Assembly (NCBI RefSeq): GCF_902713615.1
Contig: NC_052149.1
Coordinates: 98,153,121-98,217,120 of the forward strand
Origin: Scyliorhinus canicula
Taxonomy: Eukaryota
Direction: 5' to 3'
Length of the DNA stretch: 64,000 bases
This document shows, one piece after another, positions 48,509 to 61,694 of this stretch (position 1 is its first letter; each line of letters opens with the position of its first letter). The notes under the pieces are model-generated. The model did no database searches. It saw nothing but the letters and a program-made list of their open reading frames with translations, and was not told the DNA's origin. Position numbers and translations under genes: made by a program.

Positions 48509-51080
48509 CGTGTTTCTGCGCGCGAAACCCGATGACAGAAATTTGGCCGGTTGGAGAATAGCGGGAGCGCGTCGGTCCGGCGTCGCGTGAAAATCTGGTG
48601 CAGCCCGCTATTCTCCCAACCGGCGTGACATCGGAGAATCGCGCCCATGATCTGTCCTTCATTGTGTGACGTGTCCCACGTATCAGCGCCATTCTCGTCC
48701 AGGAGCTGCAGCTGTGCAGGCCCTCCAACATGGCCCAATCTCACCGGAACCAAATCCTGGCATCCACATATTTCACTGGCACTCAAGGTGCAGTTGAACA
48801 TCCTTGACTTCCAGTGAGTTTAACCCGCGGTGATGTGCCAGTTACCTGCAGCACTCACCACACCAGCAATAAAAACAACATCAATCTGCAAGTGTTTCTT
48901 CAACGGCATCATCTAGCAACACATTTGGAACAATGTCGCACACCAAGTTGCACAGCATCTTCATGCTGAAAAATGGATTGCCTTCTGGACTCATATGTCA
49001 CCCTGAACCCGATGTTCCAGGACCCAGGCATCTCAGAAAAAAATGTCTTTCTTTCCGTCTACAGAAAAGAACGGAAACAGCAAAACCAGCCTCCAGGCAT
49101 TTGCAGCCACCAGCGGGAGCAAGCAGCAAACACAACCTGCAGCTGTGAAGTGCTCACATAACTAACAATACCAATTCCTTAATCGCAATAGCCTTCAACT
49201 GTACAGCTGGAGGCTGCTCACAGTCAAAGCGAGTTAAAGTGACCTTCAGCACATAACCAAGAACAGGGCTCTGTTCTGAAGTGTTTGGTAGGACAGACAG
49301 TCAGCAGCTGTAGTTGCCCCTATTTTCGGTATACACAATATTGGGGATGGATTGTAGGCCCTGTAGACATTATGCCCCACACTCCCCAGCCCAGTCCCCT
49401 GCCCAGGCCCACCACCGCTCCCCACCCCTCATCCCAGCAAGTATCCTAGCATCTTTCAAAAGCCCTCTTCAAACTTCCAGCAGCAATAAGTGAACAGTAA
49501 AGGTGAGTATGCCTTTAAATAAAGCTTGAAACCCTCAGCAACAAACTTGTTTATTCACAATCAGATAGGCATTGTTCAGAGAGAAAGGTTTCCGTACTAA
49601 TCAACCCTTTTAATGATCCTCCCTCCATTCCTGGCAGCCACTTCAAATCCGTTGCCATATCAAATGGAGTTCAAATTCTTTGCCAAGATGAAAGCTTGCA
49701 CTAAATTTCAGCTAACTTGGCACTTCAGCTAAAGACTCCACCTTGGCCACCTGGGATGTCCGTTAGTGCCAATAGAAGCCGCTGAAAATCAGCTCCTCAC
49801 CCACATCCATTTGAGGAAATTGTTCTCTTCCGATCCCACCCATTCCAAATTATGTTGTGGAGGTGCGTATTGTTAGAAACAACCTGGGTTACATAGGCTG
49901 TTCCAGACATCCTGAAAATTATACCTCAAACTGTTAGTTGATGTAAAAATCATAGAGCTTTAACCACTTCTGTTTGGTCAAGTTTGAATTAGTTAGCTCA
50001 TTTAATTAGGAGATTCAAATCCACTTAAAACACCCAATAACCAGTTCAAACAATGTTTTAATTGCTTTCAACAGTGCCCCTGCCACCGTGATTAGCCTGC
50101 TATGGAGATTTTATTCAGAATGGAAGCAGAATTTGGCACTAGGCATTAATGAGTATGGACAACTGATCCAACCGTAACAGAAGCTATCTGTTCATCTTGA
50201 CAAAACCTTTCTCCCATTGAAAAAAATAGCCTTTTAGCCACAAACGCTTAATAAAAAGAAATCATTCGTGCATTTTGTATTTCTGTCGTTTGGAGTCTTT
50301 CTGTTATCTTCGATTATATTGGCATAATTCATCTTTGTGGAAATGTTCCACCACACAGCTGCAACACATTAAGTAATCAAACAGGATAAGGACTGATTTT
50401 CTCATCTGAATTCAGTGCGATCAGTATGTTGAACATCTTTTGGAGACCTAGCATTTCTGTCATATCTGGTAATGAGTAAACAATACATTCCAGCTGTTGC
50501 GGGGATTAGCATACTCTGGAGGCGGCAAGGTTTCAGTGGAACCAGAAAAGGAAAACTTTTCTACATGTTCTGTAATTTAGGACTCTCTAAATTATTATTT
50601 GTCACATAATTTCAGTCTTTCTATCTTGTAAACCGGTGATAGACGTAGTTAGATCGAACTTTGCAATGAGAACCTTTATGTTGCAATAACTCAACCAAGG
50701 AGTAGATTCAACAATTCCAATCACAATATTTGGACTGTTGATTCAAGATATTTAATTTGAAATACAAATCCAAAAAAGGTTCAGAACCTGGATGTCACCT
50801 TCACATTTAAGCTTTTCAGAGAAGCTGATCCTTCGGAGTAAAAACAAATAATGGAAATACTAAAGGGAAAGACATTTTGAAAGGTAGGTTTTATTATTTT
50901 ATTGTAAAATGTGTATTTTTGTGTCGTTATGTTCTTATTTTCAGCATTGGAAATGCCAATGTCAAAGCAATAGCCAAAAGAGCTTTGACATTTTACTGAG
51001 CGAATTAATTGTTCCAGTTTCTGCTTTTTAATTGGAAGATTTCCCTCGGAGAGTTCTGATTTTTAAAAATTGTTTTATGA

Positions 51081-51400
51081 ACAGCACGGTGGCACAGTGG
51101 TTAGCACTACTGCCTCACAACGCCAGGGATCCGGGTTCAATTCTGGCCTTAGGTAACTGTGTGGAGTTTGTACCTTCTCCCCGTGTGTGCGTGGGTTTCC
51201 TTCGGGTGCTCTGATTTCCTCCCACAGTCCAACGATGTGCAGGTTAGGTGGATTGGCCATGATAAATTGCCCCTCAGTGTCCAAGGACGTGCAGGTTAAG
51301 TGGGGTTACAGGAGTAGGGTGGGAGATTGACTGTAGGCACGGTGCTCTTTCAGAGGGTCGGTGCAGACTCAATATGCGGAATGGCCTCCTTTTGCACTGT
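51081..51400 (+). mobile_element. HE1-type V-SINE
   Basis: Head, V domain and CR1-type tail. Confidence 0.85.
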
Positions 51401-51909
51401 CATGATTCAATCTGCCTCCTTCTTAACGCAATCGTACACTGGTTGTGGTCTGGCTTAACCAGCCAAACTCCAGGGCGGCCAGCTGTATACAGTTTCGCCA
51501 CAGGAGCACAGAGGTCTGACTTGAGGAGGCGGGGGGCCAAATTGTAGAGCAGCCAGATTCCTTCACAGAAGTAATCACCATAAGGTTGCTGAGCGTAAAT
51601 AGCATGTGGGGTTGGTCCAAAGGGACCTCTGTAGAAGAGTGAAGTAGAAGATGAGTTGTGACCTGAATCATGAATACATTTTTCATCCCACAACCAGTTG
51701 TGTGTGGGCAAACGGTTCTGGTCTGAGACCTTCCCAAGTGTTTGGTACTGTAAGTAGCCATTCCAGATAGTGGAGGGCGGAGAGAAGGAGGGGTTAGTGT
51801 GAGAGCGATGCATATGATCCATGACATGCAAAAAATGTGTGGTATCCCTGGGTAGGGCGGTGGAAATGCCGTTACTCCATGACGTGAGTGTGTTGAAGAA
51901 TGGGATGAA

Positions 51910-52140
51910 TGTGTATTCCTTGGAAGGGGCTACTCCCTAGGTCTGGATAGACTGGTGGTTTAGAACCAGCAACAACAGAATGGCAATATGTTGGGTGTCC
52001 AAGGACTGATGACAGGACGAGGATGTATCCCTAGGAAGGGGCTACCTCCTAGGTCTGAATAGACTGGTGGCTTAGAACCAGCAAGAACAGGTTGGTGATA
52101 TGTTGGGTGTCCAAGGCCAGATGTCAGGATGAAGGTGTGT
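51910..52140. repeat. ~113-bp diverged tandem duplication
   Basis: ggaaggggctac...ctaggtctg.atagactggtgg.ttagaaccagcaa.aacag...atatgttgggtgtccaagg occurs twice. Confidence 0.8.
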
Positions 52141-53847
52141 AGTTGGTGAGGGACCATCCCCTATTCTGTGGAAAGTGGGGTGATCTCCACGCACAGCGAC
52201 GGTGAAGATCGACACTGATGGGGTGGGGGTGGGGGGGGGGGGGGGGGGGAGAGAGGCGGGAGGGTGGAGAAGATGGTCAGGAAGTGAATATAACCGTGGG
52301 TTGACCCCAGTGAAATACACTAGGGGGAAGGGTGCACGTAGAAATAACAATACAGCGCATTGCAGGCCCTTCGACCATCCAAGCCTGCGCCGACCATGGT
52401 ACCTGCCTAAGCTGGAACCGTATATACATACGGTAGTGAATATAACAATTGCTCTGAGTAGTGGGGGTCAATCGTGGAGTTGTGTGGCAGGCACACAAAG
52501 TAGTATGGGTTGGTGGTCTGTTATCTCTGGAGGGGAAAGACGGCTCAGCGTGAGCACTGATGATGAAGGTGCTCTGAGATTCTGACTAGTGAGAGGCGAG
52601 GGACAGTTCGAATTGCAAATAGCATGCAGGGAGGAGAAGAAGGGATGGGGAGTCAAGGGTGAAACAACACATAAACAAAGAAGATGTGCGTGCGTGGAGC
52701 ACACATGATGGGGCAAGTTCCATCAGAAATCCTGTGCCATGCTTATTGGGAGGCATCAGATTGTCATCATTTGGATACCGTAGGATGTTTGTGCTCCACA
52801 AACCTCAAAACATTGCGCTCCGATCTCAACCAATTGGTGGTGGTCTCCTCGATGGCGGGGCGGGTCCCAGTCAGCCATGGCCGTTAGTGTCCAATGCACG
52901 TTGGCCTTCCCAAATGAGGAAACCGACATCACCTTAATTTCTGCAAGGTCTGGGCTCCAGCCCTTGTATATTTGCAAACTGCAGCCTGTCTGTGTCTCTG
53001 TGTTGACCAATTTCCTATCGATATGTGCAGGTGGCCATTTTGGATGCCCACATGTTGGCTGGGGGCTGCCGTGGGTGTGGCCCTGGGTGGTTCCCTGGAA
53101 GATGGCTGCCAGTTGTGTGAGGTATTCGATGCCGGGGGGGGGTCTGTGGCCGGGAGGGGTTGGGGGATGCGGAGGGGGGCACACCCATATGGCTGGTGCC
53201 ACTGTGTAGAACCAGGGGCCAAGGTGGGTGGTCAGTGGGTGCCCCAATCCCTCGGGGGCACCCCGGCTGCTTGACCCGCCCTCCCCTCGCTCCCCCTCCC
53301 CTCCCCTCGCCGCAGCCAGCAAAGCCGCTCTCCGGGCCAGCAGCCCGGGTTCCGACCACTCCAAACCTTAGCCAAGAGAAGGCTGTGCTGGGTTCGAACA
53401 TGTTTAGATGAAATGCGGAAAGGTGGGGGTTGAGGGAGTGGGGCTGGGGGGTGGGGGGGGGGGGATCATGTATGGTGACAGTGTGATAGAAGGAACGCAG
53501 ACATTAGGCGTCCGATAATAACAGAAACTATGCTTGGTCCCCCAGGACCTGGAGACAGCAGCCCCAGGATGTCACCCGGCAGATGGAGAAAGCACAACCA
53601 ATACTTGGTGGGATCATTCCTGGGATTGGGTCTCTGACCTTCAGAGACACCCCATTGTTTGACTCCGCCCTCACCTGGCTGTCATGCTGATCCCGTTTAA
53701 CTTGATCTACCTCATCATCCTCACGGTCCAATTCCGTAGGTGGACAGCAGAGATCATGGAGCGCCAGGACCTGGGATTCATGTTTACTGCATGGGCCCCT
53801 TTAATCCATCCAGACCAACGATGCCCGGGGACTCATACTTGTTTTCG

Positions 53848-54193
53848 TAGAATTTACAGTGCAGAAGGAGGCCATTCGGCCCATCGAGTCTGCACCGGCT
53901 CCTGGAAAGAGCACCCTACCCAAGGTTAACACCTCCACCCTATCCCCATAACCCAGTGAAACCCCACCCAACACTAAGGGCAATTTTGGACACTAAGGGC
54001 AATTTATCACGGCCAGTCCACCTAACTTGCACATCTTTGGACTGTGGGAGGAAACCGGAGCACTCGGAGGAAACCCACGCACACACGGGGAGGAAGTGCA
54101 GACTCCGCACAGACAGTGAGCCAAGCCGGAATCAAACCTAGGACCCTAGAGCTGTGAAGCGATTGTGCTATCCACAATGCTACCGTGCTGCCC
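53848..54193 (-). mobile_element. HE1-type V-SINE
   Basis: Near-identical to 60957-61302. Confidence 0.9.
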
Positions 54194-55049
54194 ACTGTGT
54201 TTTGCACTGTGTATTCAGGTTGTCTTGTATATGACCTTTGTAGAACTGTAAATTTTTAAGGCCAGCCTGTTTATATTGATCTGCACTATCGGTTGTATGT
54301 TCTACAGTTTGTATTCCTCCACTTCTGTATCGAGTTTTCAATATTGTCCCACCTCTACATTATCTTACAGTACGGACACTTCCATTTCTCTGACCATATT
54401 AGGTCCATTATGGAATGTATATTTATATTTGTCTTTGTTATTTGTGTATTCTGAATTAGGGAGTTGTGCATGTAGAGTTAGGGTCCGACCTGATGGACAG
54501 GTGACTGGGGATGCAGGGCAGGTATTTGTCCGAGTGTGTGATCCACCATGCTTAAGTCTGTGGACTTCTGAAATGGCTGCCCACAAAGACATTGGGCACC
54601 GCATGGACACGGACGGGCTGCAGCTTGCAAATGTACAAAGGCTACAGCCCAGATGGTGCCTCGGGATACAAAGGTTGAACCCGGGGGGTGCCTTTCGGAC
54701 CCTTGGGTCTGCTCCGCCATTCGCTCTCTCAACTTTTTTCATTTTCATTTCAACTACCGGCAGCCACAGCGGTGATACCTTCACTCGCCAAGGAGAAGAA
54801 TATACACTTCATCCACAGAGGGACACAGATGAGCAGCAACAAACATGCAGCACTGCCTGACAACGGATTACAGATAAGGCCACATGTGCTATGTACTTGC
54901 CAGTCACCTGGACGTGAAATTAGGGTAGTTCCTGTGTGTCAGTTTAGAGTGCAACTTGTACATGTGTGTTCACTGTGTGTGTGTGTAATAAACTATGAAT
55001 GTATTGAACAACTGGTCAAAAGTCCACCGTATATGGGTTACAGACACAC

Positions 55050-55841
55050 ACTATGGTTTGGGAGGTATAACAGGGGTCGGGGGTGTGGGCTGCGGGGGGG
55101 TGTGGTGTCGGTGAGGGGGTTGGGGGGTGTGGGAAGTGTCCACACATGTGTCATGGGGATGCGCAACTAAGTAGGTCTCACTTGCTTGCCCGCCACCGAC
55201 TTCCACCTCAGTGATCTCCCTTTCCTCTGGACCGCCGACCACATCTAGTGCCCTCTGCTCGGGCACGGTGATGGGCCGCAGGTCTGGTGGTTCAACTCCG
55301 GTCATCTCCCGCTCCCGGCAGTTAAGCATGACCTTCTCCTGGGGGTGGGGGGGGATAGGGTATGGGTGTGTGTGTGTGGGGGTGGGGGGTTAGTGCCAGG
55401 GGCATGGAGCAGCCAACTCACCCTGGCTGATCTGAGGAGGTTGTGCAGTCTCTCCCGTGTGGATGACGTTGCCCACAGCACTGACTGCGTCTGCCACCTG
55501 CGCCCAAGCACGGTGAACGGCGGCGCCTGGTGGCTTTCCCCCCGGGTCAGGGTACAGGGCCGTCCGCCTCTCCCCCACGGCGTCCAGGAGGGTGTCCAGC
55601 TCAGCATTCCTGAAGGATTGTTAAGTGTGGCTGCGGCGTATGAGTCTCATATGCGCCAATCACGGACCTGGTGAATCCGCCGTCGTTCCGCAAGGAACCG
55701 GTTGTGTTCGACGTGGTGATGGTGCTAGCCCATTTAGAGTTGCTGAATCGGTGCACCTGTTGCACCATTTTTTCTGTCATAAAACACCACTGTTTCCATG
55801 CCGGCGTCTGCACTTAGTCCCAAAATCGGAGAATGCAGCCC
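55050..55841 (-). mobile_element. Harbinger left end with Myb exons 1-2 (remnant)
   Basis: TIR GGGCTGCATTCTCC ending at 55841; VHRAWAQVADAVSAVG and MLNCREREMTGVEPPDLRPITVPEQRALDVVGG. Confidence 0.75.
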
Positions 55842-55847
55842 ATGACT

Positions 55848-56000
55848 TAAATATTTTTAATTCGTTAGAGATTAAGGGGATCAGGGGTTATGGGTAGAAG
55901 GCAGGAGAATGGGGATGAGAAAATATCAGCCATGATTGAATGGCGGAGCAGACTCGATGGGCCAAGTGGCCTAATTCTGCTCCTATGTCTTATGGTCTTC
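55848..56000 (+). mobile_element. CR1 3' end
   Basis: cagactcgatgggccaagtggcctaattctgctcctatgtcttatggtct. Confidence 0.8.
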
Positions 56001-56438
56001 TGGGTCCTGCAAATAATTTCCTGATTTCCTACCCACTGCAACTGGATAAATACATTTCATATAAATTATTGGTTTATCCTGGTGAGTACAGGACAAAAAT
56101 CTTTGACAGCATATTTCTTTTTTTCAGCAATACTCAGCTTATTGTCTACCTTTGTCTGCCTCTCAGAACCGAGCACTCGGAAATAAAAATAATACAAAAC
56201 ATTAATCATATTGCAAAAATTTACCTCAGAAAGGTTTCAAAATTCACCCTCCTATCTGTTCCCCAGGTATGTGAGAACAAATTATATAAATGAACAAATA
56301 CAGTTAAAGCTCATAGAAGACATGCCTTTGAATAACTCACTGTGAGAATCATAATGATGAATGCTGGGGAAAAAAAGATTCAATATGCTTTGGACTGAGC
56401 ATCCAGAGGCCTTCAGATATAGGTAACAAAAAGATATA

Positions 56439-57726
56439 GGGCGAAATTCTCCAGTTCGGAGACTAAGGGCGCAATCTAATGAAAGGTTTCCAAGTGGGGT
56501 AACGAGCGGGAATTGCTGAGTGCTTCCAAACAGCCGACTCAGCAAGACAGCTACCGCTATCTAATGCCAATTCGAGCTGGTAATGATGCCCTATGGGCTT
56601 CACGTCTGAAATAACTGTCCCACCGACTGATTCTCCTGGACCGCTCGCAGCAGCTCTCTGCTAACGAGACGGGAGCAATACTTAAACCGATCCTGCAGTG
56701 CAAACATCAAGCAGCATACAGTCATGCCACCGCACAGATCAGCTCCACAATTCGGAGATGCAGACCTGGCAAGACTGTTGGATGCATTGGAGTCAAGAAG
56801 CAATATTCTGTTCTCCCGAAGGGGTCAGAGAGTCAGCCAGAAGGCAGCCAGCACTGGAGGGAAGGCTCAACGACCTCCACTAGGCCATAGAGGTGAGTTG
56901 GCACCAGTCCCCTGGCACCGGTCCCATCTGCCACCGGTCCCATCTGCCACCCTCAGCTCCCCTGCCCCCCTCCGAAAACGCTGCGGTTGCACCCCTCCCC
57001 AAGACAATGCCATTTCTGTGCCCCAGCACACCCTGGCACCCACAAGCACACCCCACCATTCCCAGTGGCGGTGCCCACACCTGTCTCCCGCTATATCCCC
57101 TCCCCTCTCTCGGCGATGCATGAAGTGTGTGGCTCACGACGCCCTCTCTTTATTCCCGCAGAAGAAGTTGGCCCATAACAGGCGAAAAAGGGCCCAGACT
57201 GGCGCCGAGGTGCCAGATATCAGAGTCCTCAACCCCTATGGAGAATGGGCCCTGGAGGTTGCGGGGGTGGCCGAGGGCAGTGCGGTCACCGACATCGAGC
57301 TGGGCCTGTGCCAGAGAGGTGAGTATCTACCGGCCCCCACCCAGATGACCTGTCACATGTGAGTTGTTCATGCCAGAATAATGATCCATCACTCCCACTG
57401 ACTACATGTTCAATCTTCCACAGCACCTCCAGCGGATGGTGTCAACCCAACCGGGATGGCACCACTCCCCCCTCCCCGGCCTTCTAAGAGATCCAAGAGA
57501 ACACCTCGGAAGAGAGCTCCGAGGTTGCCACCAGAGGCGTCAGGGCTAACATCCGTGCTCTCCACCAGTGCAACGACACACCTCACTGGGCGAAAGTAGT
57601 GGACAGGCCTCTGGAGCACAATCTGATGAGCACTACACAGATGCTGATGCACACGAGGTGGAGGCAGAATGTCCAGGGGGGACAGCAGTCAGACGTCTGC
57701 TGGATCCCAGGCCCTGCTGGGTCCCG
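56439..57726 (+). mobile_element. Harbinger left end with Myb exons 1-3 (remnant)
   Basis: TIR GGGCGAAATTCTCC; MPPHRSAPQFGDADLARLLDALESR; cccgcag|KKLAHNRRKRAQTG; intron positions match copy A. Confidence 0.75.
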
Positions 57727-58705
57727 GGGCGGAGAATCCATTTTCCCACACGGAATTGGGATTGGCGCCGGTTCCCCAATTCTGCGGGCCCCGAAAAGTA
57801 CACCTCGCTGGAGGCCCGCCTGCCATTCTCCGCCCCGACAGACCAAAGTCCCGACGGTGTGGACCACTCATGGTCCTGCCGGTTGGGAAACTTGGGTGGC
57901 GGCTACGGACTCAGTCCGCGGCCGCCCTGATTGGGGGCAGGCCAATCGGAGGGCAGGGGGGGCCTTATATGCGGCCGGGCAATGTTTGGGCAGGCGGTCA
58001 GAGTCAGGTGTGTGGCTGATCGGGGAGTCAATTTTTAATGTCCAGCTCTGCAGTCTGAGTCCACCATGGAGCATGGCGCGCCCACTGGAGGCTGCCGCCA
58101 TGTGCATGCACGGCTTCTGACCTGGAAGTGCAGGGACAAATCTGCAGCAGAAGCTGCTAGTTTTACGCTGGGGCCCTGCTAGCCATCTGCAGGACGAGGA
58201 AGATGTGGCTCTTTCACACCAGTTTTTCTGGCGTGTGTCATAATATACACACAAGTATATGATGGTGCACAGACAGACATTGATTGACACACAGGATGAC
58301 CAATTAACACACAGAACACAGCAGCCAATCACCAGACAGGACACGGCCACTATAAAGCCAGAGGGCACTAGTTTTCCCGCTCTCTTGGGATGCAGCCTCT
58401 GAGACAGCCAGGGTCCGTGTAGCAACAACACGAACATCCACCATGTAGTAGCAAGATAGTCTGGTCTAATTAGCCTCCGGTCTCCAGTCAACTCAGCATA
58501 GTGTCAACCCACAGTTCAAGTATGTTTAACAGTTGGTAGTTCAATAAAATAGAGTTGCATTTCTCCAAGTGTTGGAAGCCTGTCTCTCTCACTGCTCTGG
58601 TAAACGCAGTCCTCGCAGACCCAGCATACCCAACACATCAGCGTGAAAGTCCATAGTTTGTACGACGGCTTGGGGACATAGTCCCAAAAACAGAGAATCC
58701 AGCCC
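57727..58705. mobile_element. Harbinger-type MITE or right end containing a solo LTR
   Basis: Ends GAGAATCCAGCCC at 58705; internal motifs shared with the other MITEs. Confidence 0.65.
58236..58640 (+). mobile_element. Gypsy solo LTR related to 6518-6916
   Basis: TGTCATAAT...ACACATCA termini, perfect 5-bp TSD GCGTG, TATAAA and AATAAA. Confidence 0.9.
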
Positions 58706-58928
58706 ATGGAATTTTATCTTTTTTAAATAATGATAACAATTTGTTTTAGCCTTGATTGTATCAGCCTGCAAACTTCAGCAGCAGACAGGGTGACAGGTGA
58801 AAAAGGAAAGATATCTGGTTCTTTCAATTCACTCTGGAATAACTTCAATGCATGCCTTCTCAATGCTTCTTTTGTACCTGTACAGAATAATGATTACTCA
58901 AACCATTTATACCCAGAAGATAGAACAA

Positions 58929-59180
58929 CATGACCTCCTCCAGGAAAAGAACAAAGCTTTACAGATACAGAACTCCAAGCTCTCCTGAAATAAATTGAAG
59001 GCACAGGGCAAAAGGCACATGGTACCTGGTTGTGGGTGCCACCATGTCAGGAATGTAGCCTGTGCTACCCTGCAGGAAAGTGACACTTATTGAGTGCCAA
59101 CTCCTTCGCTCCAGAATGATAAGAATTTCAACAAGAACTGTGAAAATTTTAATGATCTCACCAGGGTTAGGAAGTGACAC
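58929..59180 (+). mobile_element. Very old Harbinger Myb exon-1 remnant
   Basis: FTDTELQALLK*IE ... CENFNDLTRVRK. Confidence 0.5.
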
Positions 59181-59405
59181 TGTCCAACCCGCGCATGCGC
59201 GGCTGACGTCATTAGGCGCCGCCGCGGCGTCATTCTTGGCGCGCCGGGCCTTGAAGCCAGGGACAAGGTCCGGCGGCCGAGTTTCCCGGTGCGGCCCTCC
59301 TATCCCCCGGGGAGGGGAGAATAGGGGGCCGGGAGAGGCTTCTGACGCCGTCGTGAACCTCTCCGGGTTTCACGAAGGCGTCGGGCCTGGCGGAGAATTC
59401 CGCCC
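59181..59405. mobile_element. Harbinger-type MITE half
   Basis: Ends GGAGAATTCCGCCC; CpG-rich. Confidence 0.6.
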
Positions 59406-59576
59406 CATGGGCTTTCTTGTCCTTTTCATCCTGATCCAACTTGGGCACTAACACACTCTTCACCTTCTTTAAGCAATATTTTAACCAACCCTTCACAGTG
59501 ATATCTGGATAAGGGTAGCTGAAACTCAGTAGCCTATACTATAGACTCCATGTTAACTGTGCAAGTAGATGGGTTT

Positions 59577-59764
59577 CTACGGCGCTGAGGACCCGGGTTC
59601 GAATCCTGGCCCTGGGTCACTGTCCGTGTGGAGTTTGCACATTCTCCCCGTGTCTGCGTGGGTTTCGCCCCCACAACCCAAAAGATGTGCAGGATAGGTG
59701 GATTGGCCACGCTAAATTGCCCCTTAATTGGAAAAATTAATTGGGTACTCTAAATTTAAAAAAA
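59577..59764 (+). mobile_element. 5'-truncated poly(A) V-SINE
   Basis: 14-bp TSD AAGTAGATGGGTTT (59563-59576 / 59765-59778). Confidence 0.85.
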
Positions 59765-60216
59765 AAGTAGATGGGTTTTGACTCCAGTAGAATTGGCTAT
59801 GCGAGCACTCAAATCCTAAAACTACCAATTCCTTACATGCACAATCCAAATAATCTCTTTCATTCACTTTAGCAACCTTGCATTTCTTACTTCACTACTT
59901 CTACGCTCACACACTCCTGGCCATTCCTTGTTCATCAAAGTTCTTTTATGAACAATTGCCAATCAAGTCACAAAAATAGGCCATTGGAGAGGGTATTGCC
60001 ACCTTCAAATCACACACATTTAAGGAATAGACCATGGAGCTAATGGACATTCACTCAACTTTTTCCATCAGAGATGACAAGGTCACAAACATTTTTCTGA
60101 TGTCAGATGTTACAATCCCTGTTGATGTTGGAACTGGTTGGGAAGATCCCAGAATGGATTCCTGGTTCAAAGACAGTCACTTTTTTCTTTTTTTAAATAA
60201 AACGTGGAAGAACAGT

Positions 60217-60737
60217 TGAGGAATTGAACAAACAAATGTGATACAAAATGGGATAATTAGTTAGAATAATGTAAAGGATACCCAGGTATAGGAGCCGGAA
60301 CAAAGGAACTGAGCAAAGCATGGCCAGGAAGGGGGGGAGGGGCAGTTGCTCGGACGGGAATGCTGAGTGAAAGGGGCCCCCCAAGGGCTGAAGAATGTGA
60401 AGTGAGCCCAGGACTGAGGAATATGAAATGAGCCAATCAGGATATATGGCCAGGCCCGAAGTGTATAGGGATAGACTATGGGAATTTTGCATTCATTACT
60501 TTTGCCTTATTTGGTCGTATGTATGTGAAATTTGATGCAACTTGAATGTATTTGTACAGAAATGTTTTGTGTCTTTGTTCACTCGCTGTTGAAGATCCAG
60601 GAGACATGGTTGTGTCCTGCCCTCCCAATAGAGTGAGTCACCCAGCTAGCTGGTTAAAATAAACAATAATTGATACCTACAAATCCGTCTCAAATTTTAT
60701 TGAGACCAGACTGACAGCAAAAGAATCAGGATTGTCA
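60217..60737 (+). mobile_element. Solo LTR
   Basis: TGAGG...TGTCA termini, 4-bp TSD CAGT, AATAAA near 60658. Confidence 0.6.
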
Positions 60738-60956
60738 CAGTAACAAGACCGCTAATGAGTTTTAACAAGAAGAAATAAACATTTATTAAACTTGAAAAAA
60801 TTGGATTATGATACAATACTCCTTTACTCCCCCTTCAGCACAACAATTAAATGCTAATTTTAAGATTAAAAATGGATTACAAAATACATATTAAGGTACA
60901 ATGGCCTCATTTACACCAAGTCCGCTTATGCACACAGGTTGGCTGTGGTCAAATTT

Positions 60957-61302
60957 CACACAATTTACAGTGCAGAAGGAGGCCATTCGGCCCATCGAGT
61001 CTGCACCGGCTCTTAGAAAGAGCACCCTACCCAAGGTCAACACCTCCACCCTATCCCCATAACCCAGTAACCCCACCCAACACTAATGGCAATTTTGGAC
61101 ACTAAGGGCAATTTATCATGGCCAATCTACCTAACCTGCACATCTTTGGACTGTGGGAGGAAACCGGAGCACCCGGAGGAAACCCACGCACACACGGGGA
61201 GGATGTGCAGACTCCGCACAGACAGTGACCCAAGCCGGAATCGAACCTGGGACCCTGGAGCTGTGAAGCATTTGTGCTATCCACAATGCTACCGTGCTGC
61301 CC
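60957..61302 (-). mobile_element. HE1-type V-SINE
   Basis: Head, V domain and CR1-type tail. Confidence 0.9.
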
Positions 61303-61694
61303 GTTAATGCACACACTCTGCTCTGAACTTCAGTTAATGTCTGTGGATTTCTCCTCAAAATCCCCAGATGATTGTTACATGAGAGTTTCCAAACTCCGCT
61401 CCCAAAAACATGCTTTAAAATCTTCTTTTACAATAATGCTTTCCTTTAGTAGATTGCATTCCGAAATCCAGTCCTGATTCTCCAAATGACTATTTGAAAC
61501 AAAGTTACTACTTCACTTTTAACACAAAATCCAGTCCAGGTTTTACACCAGCCACTTTAGAATTTCTTTGTCTTAACTCTGTACAAACTTCTTCACAATT
61601 TCTTTAATTCTCGATTCCCATTCTCTATTAAAATGGTATGAAACTTTTGATTTACCTCTGAAGTCTGCTCTCCCACTTTAAATCAGAATATTCT

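Larger units (their letters stand above)
42209..48646. mobile_element. Full-length young PIF/Harbinger DNA transposon (copy A, 6438 bp)
   Basis: Perfect 15-bp TIRs GGGCGCGATTCTCCG / CGGAGAATCGCGCCC, 3-bp TSD ATG (42206-42208 / 48647-48649), two convergent genes, CpG-rich. Confidence 0.95.

Noticed and set aside
46880-48731. Long Pro/Ser/Leu-rich and Gly/Glu/Arg-rich ORFs (551, 547, 348 aa)
   Set aside because: Artefacts of the stop-free C/T minisatellite.
38700-48900. Copy A nested inside copy B
   Set aside because: About 380 bp of unrelated AT-rich DNA separates them, and I find no right end of copy B after 48646.
55940-56293. 117-aa ORF with nearby splice-like sites as a host exon
   Set aside because: It starts within a CR1 tail, has no recognisable protein signal, and has no consistent acceptor-donor pair.
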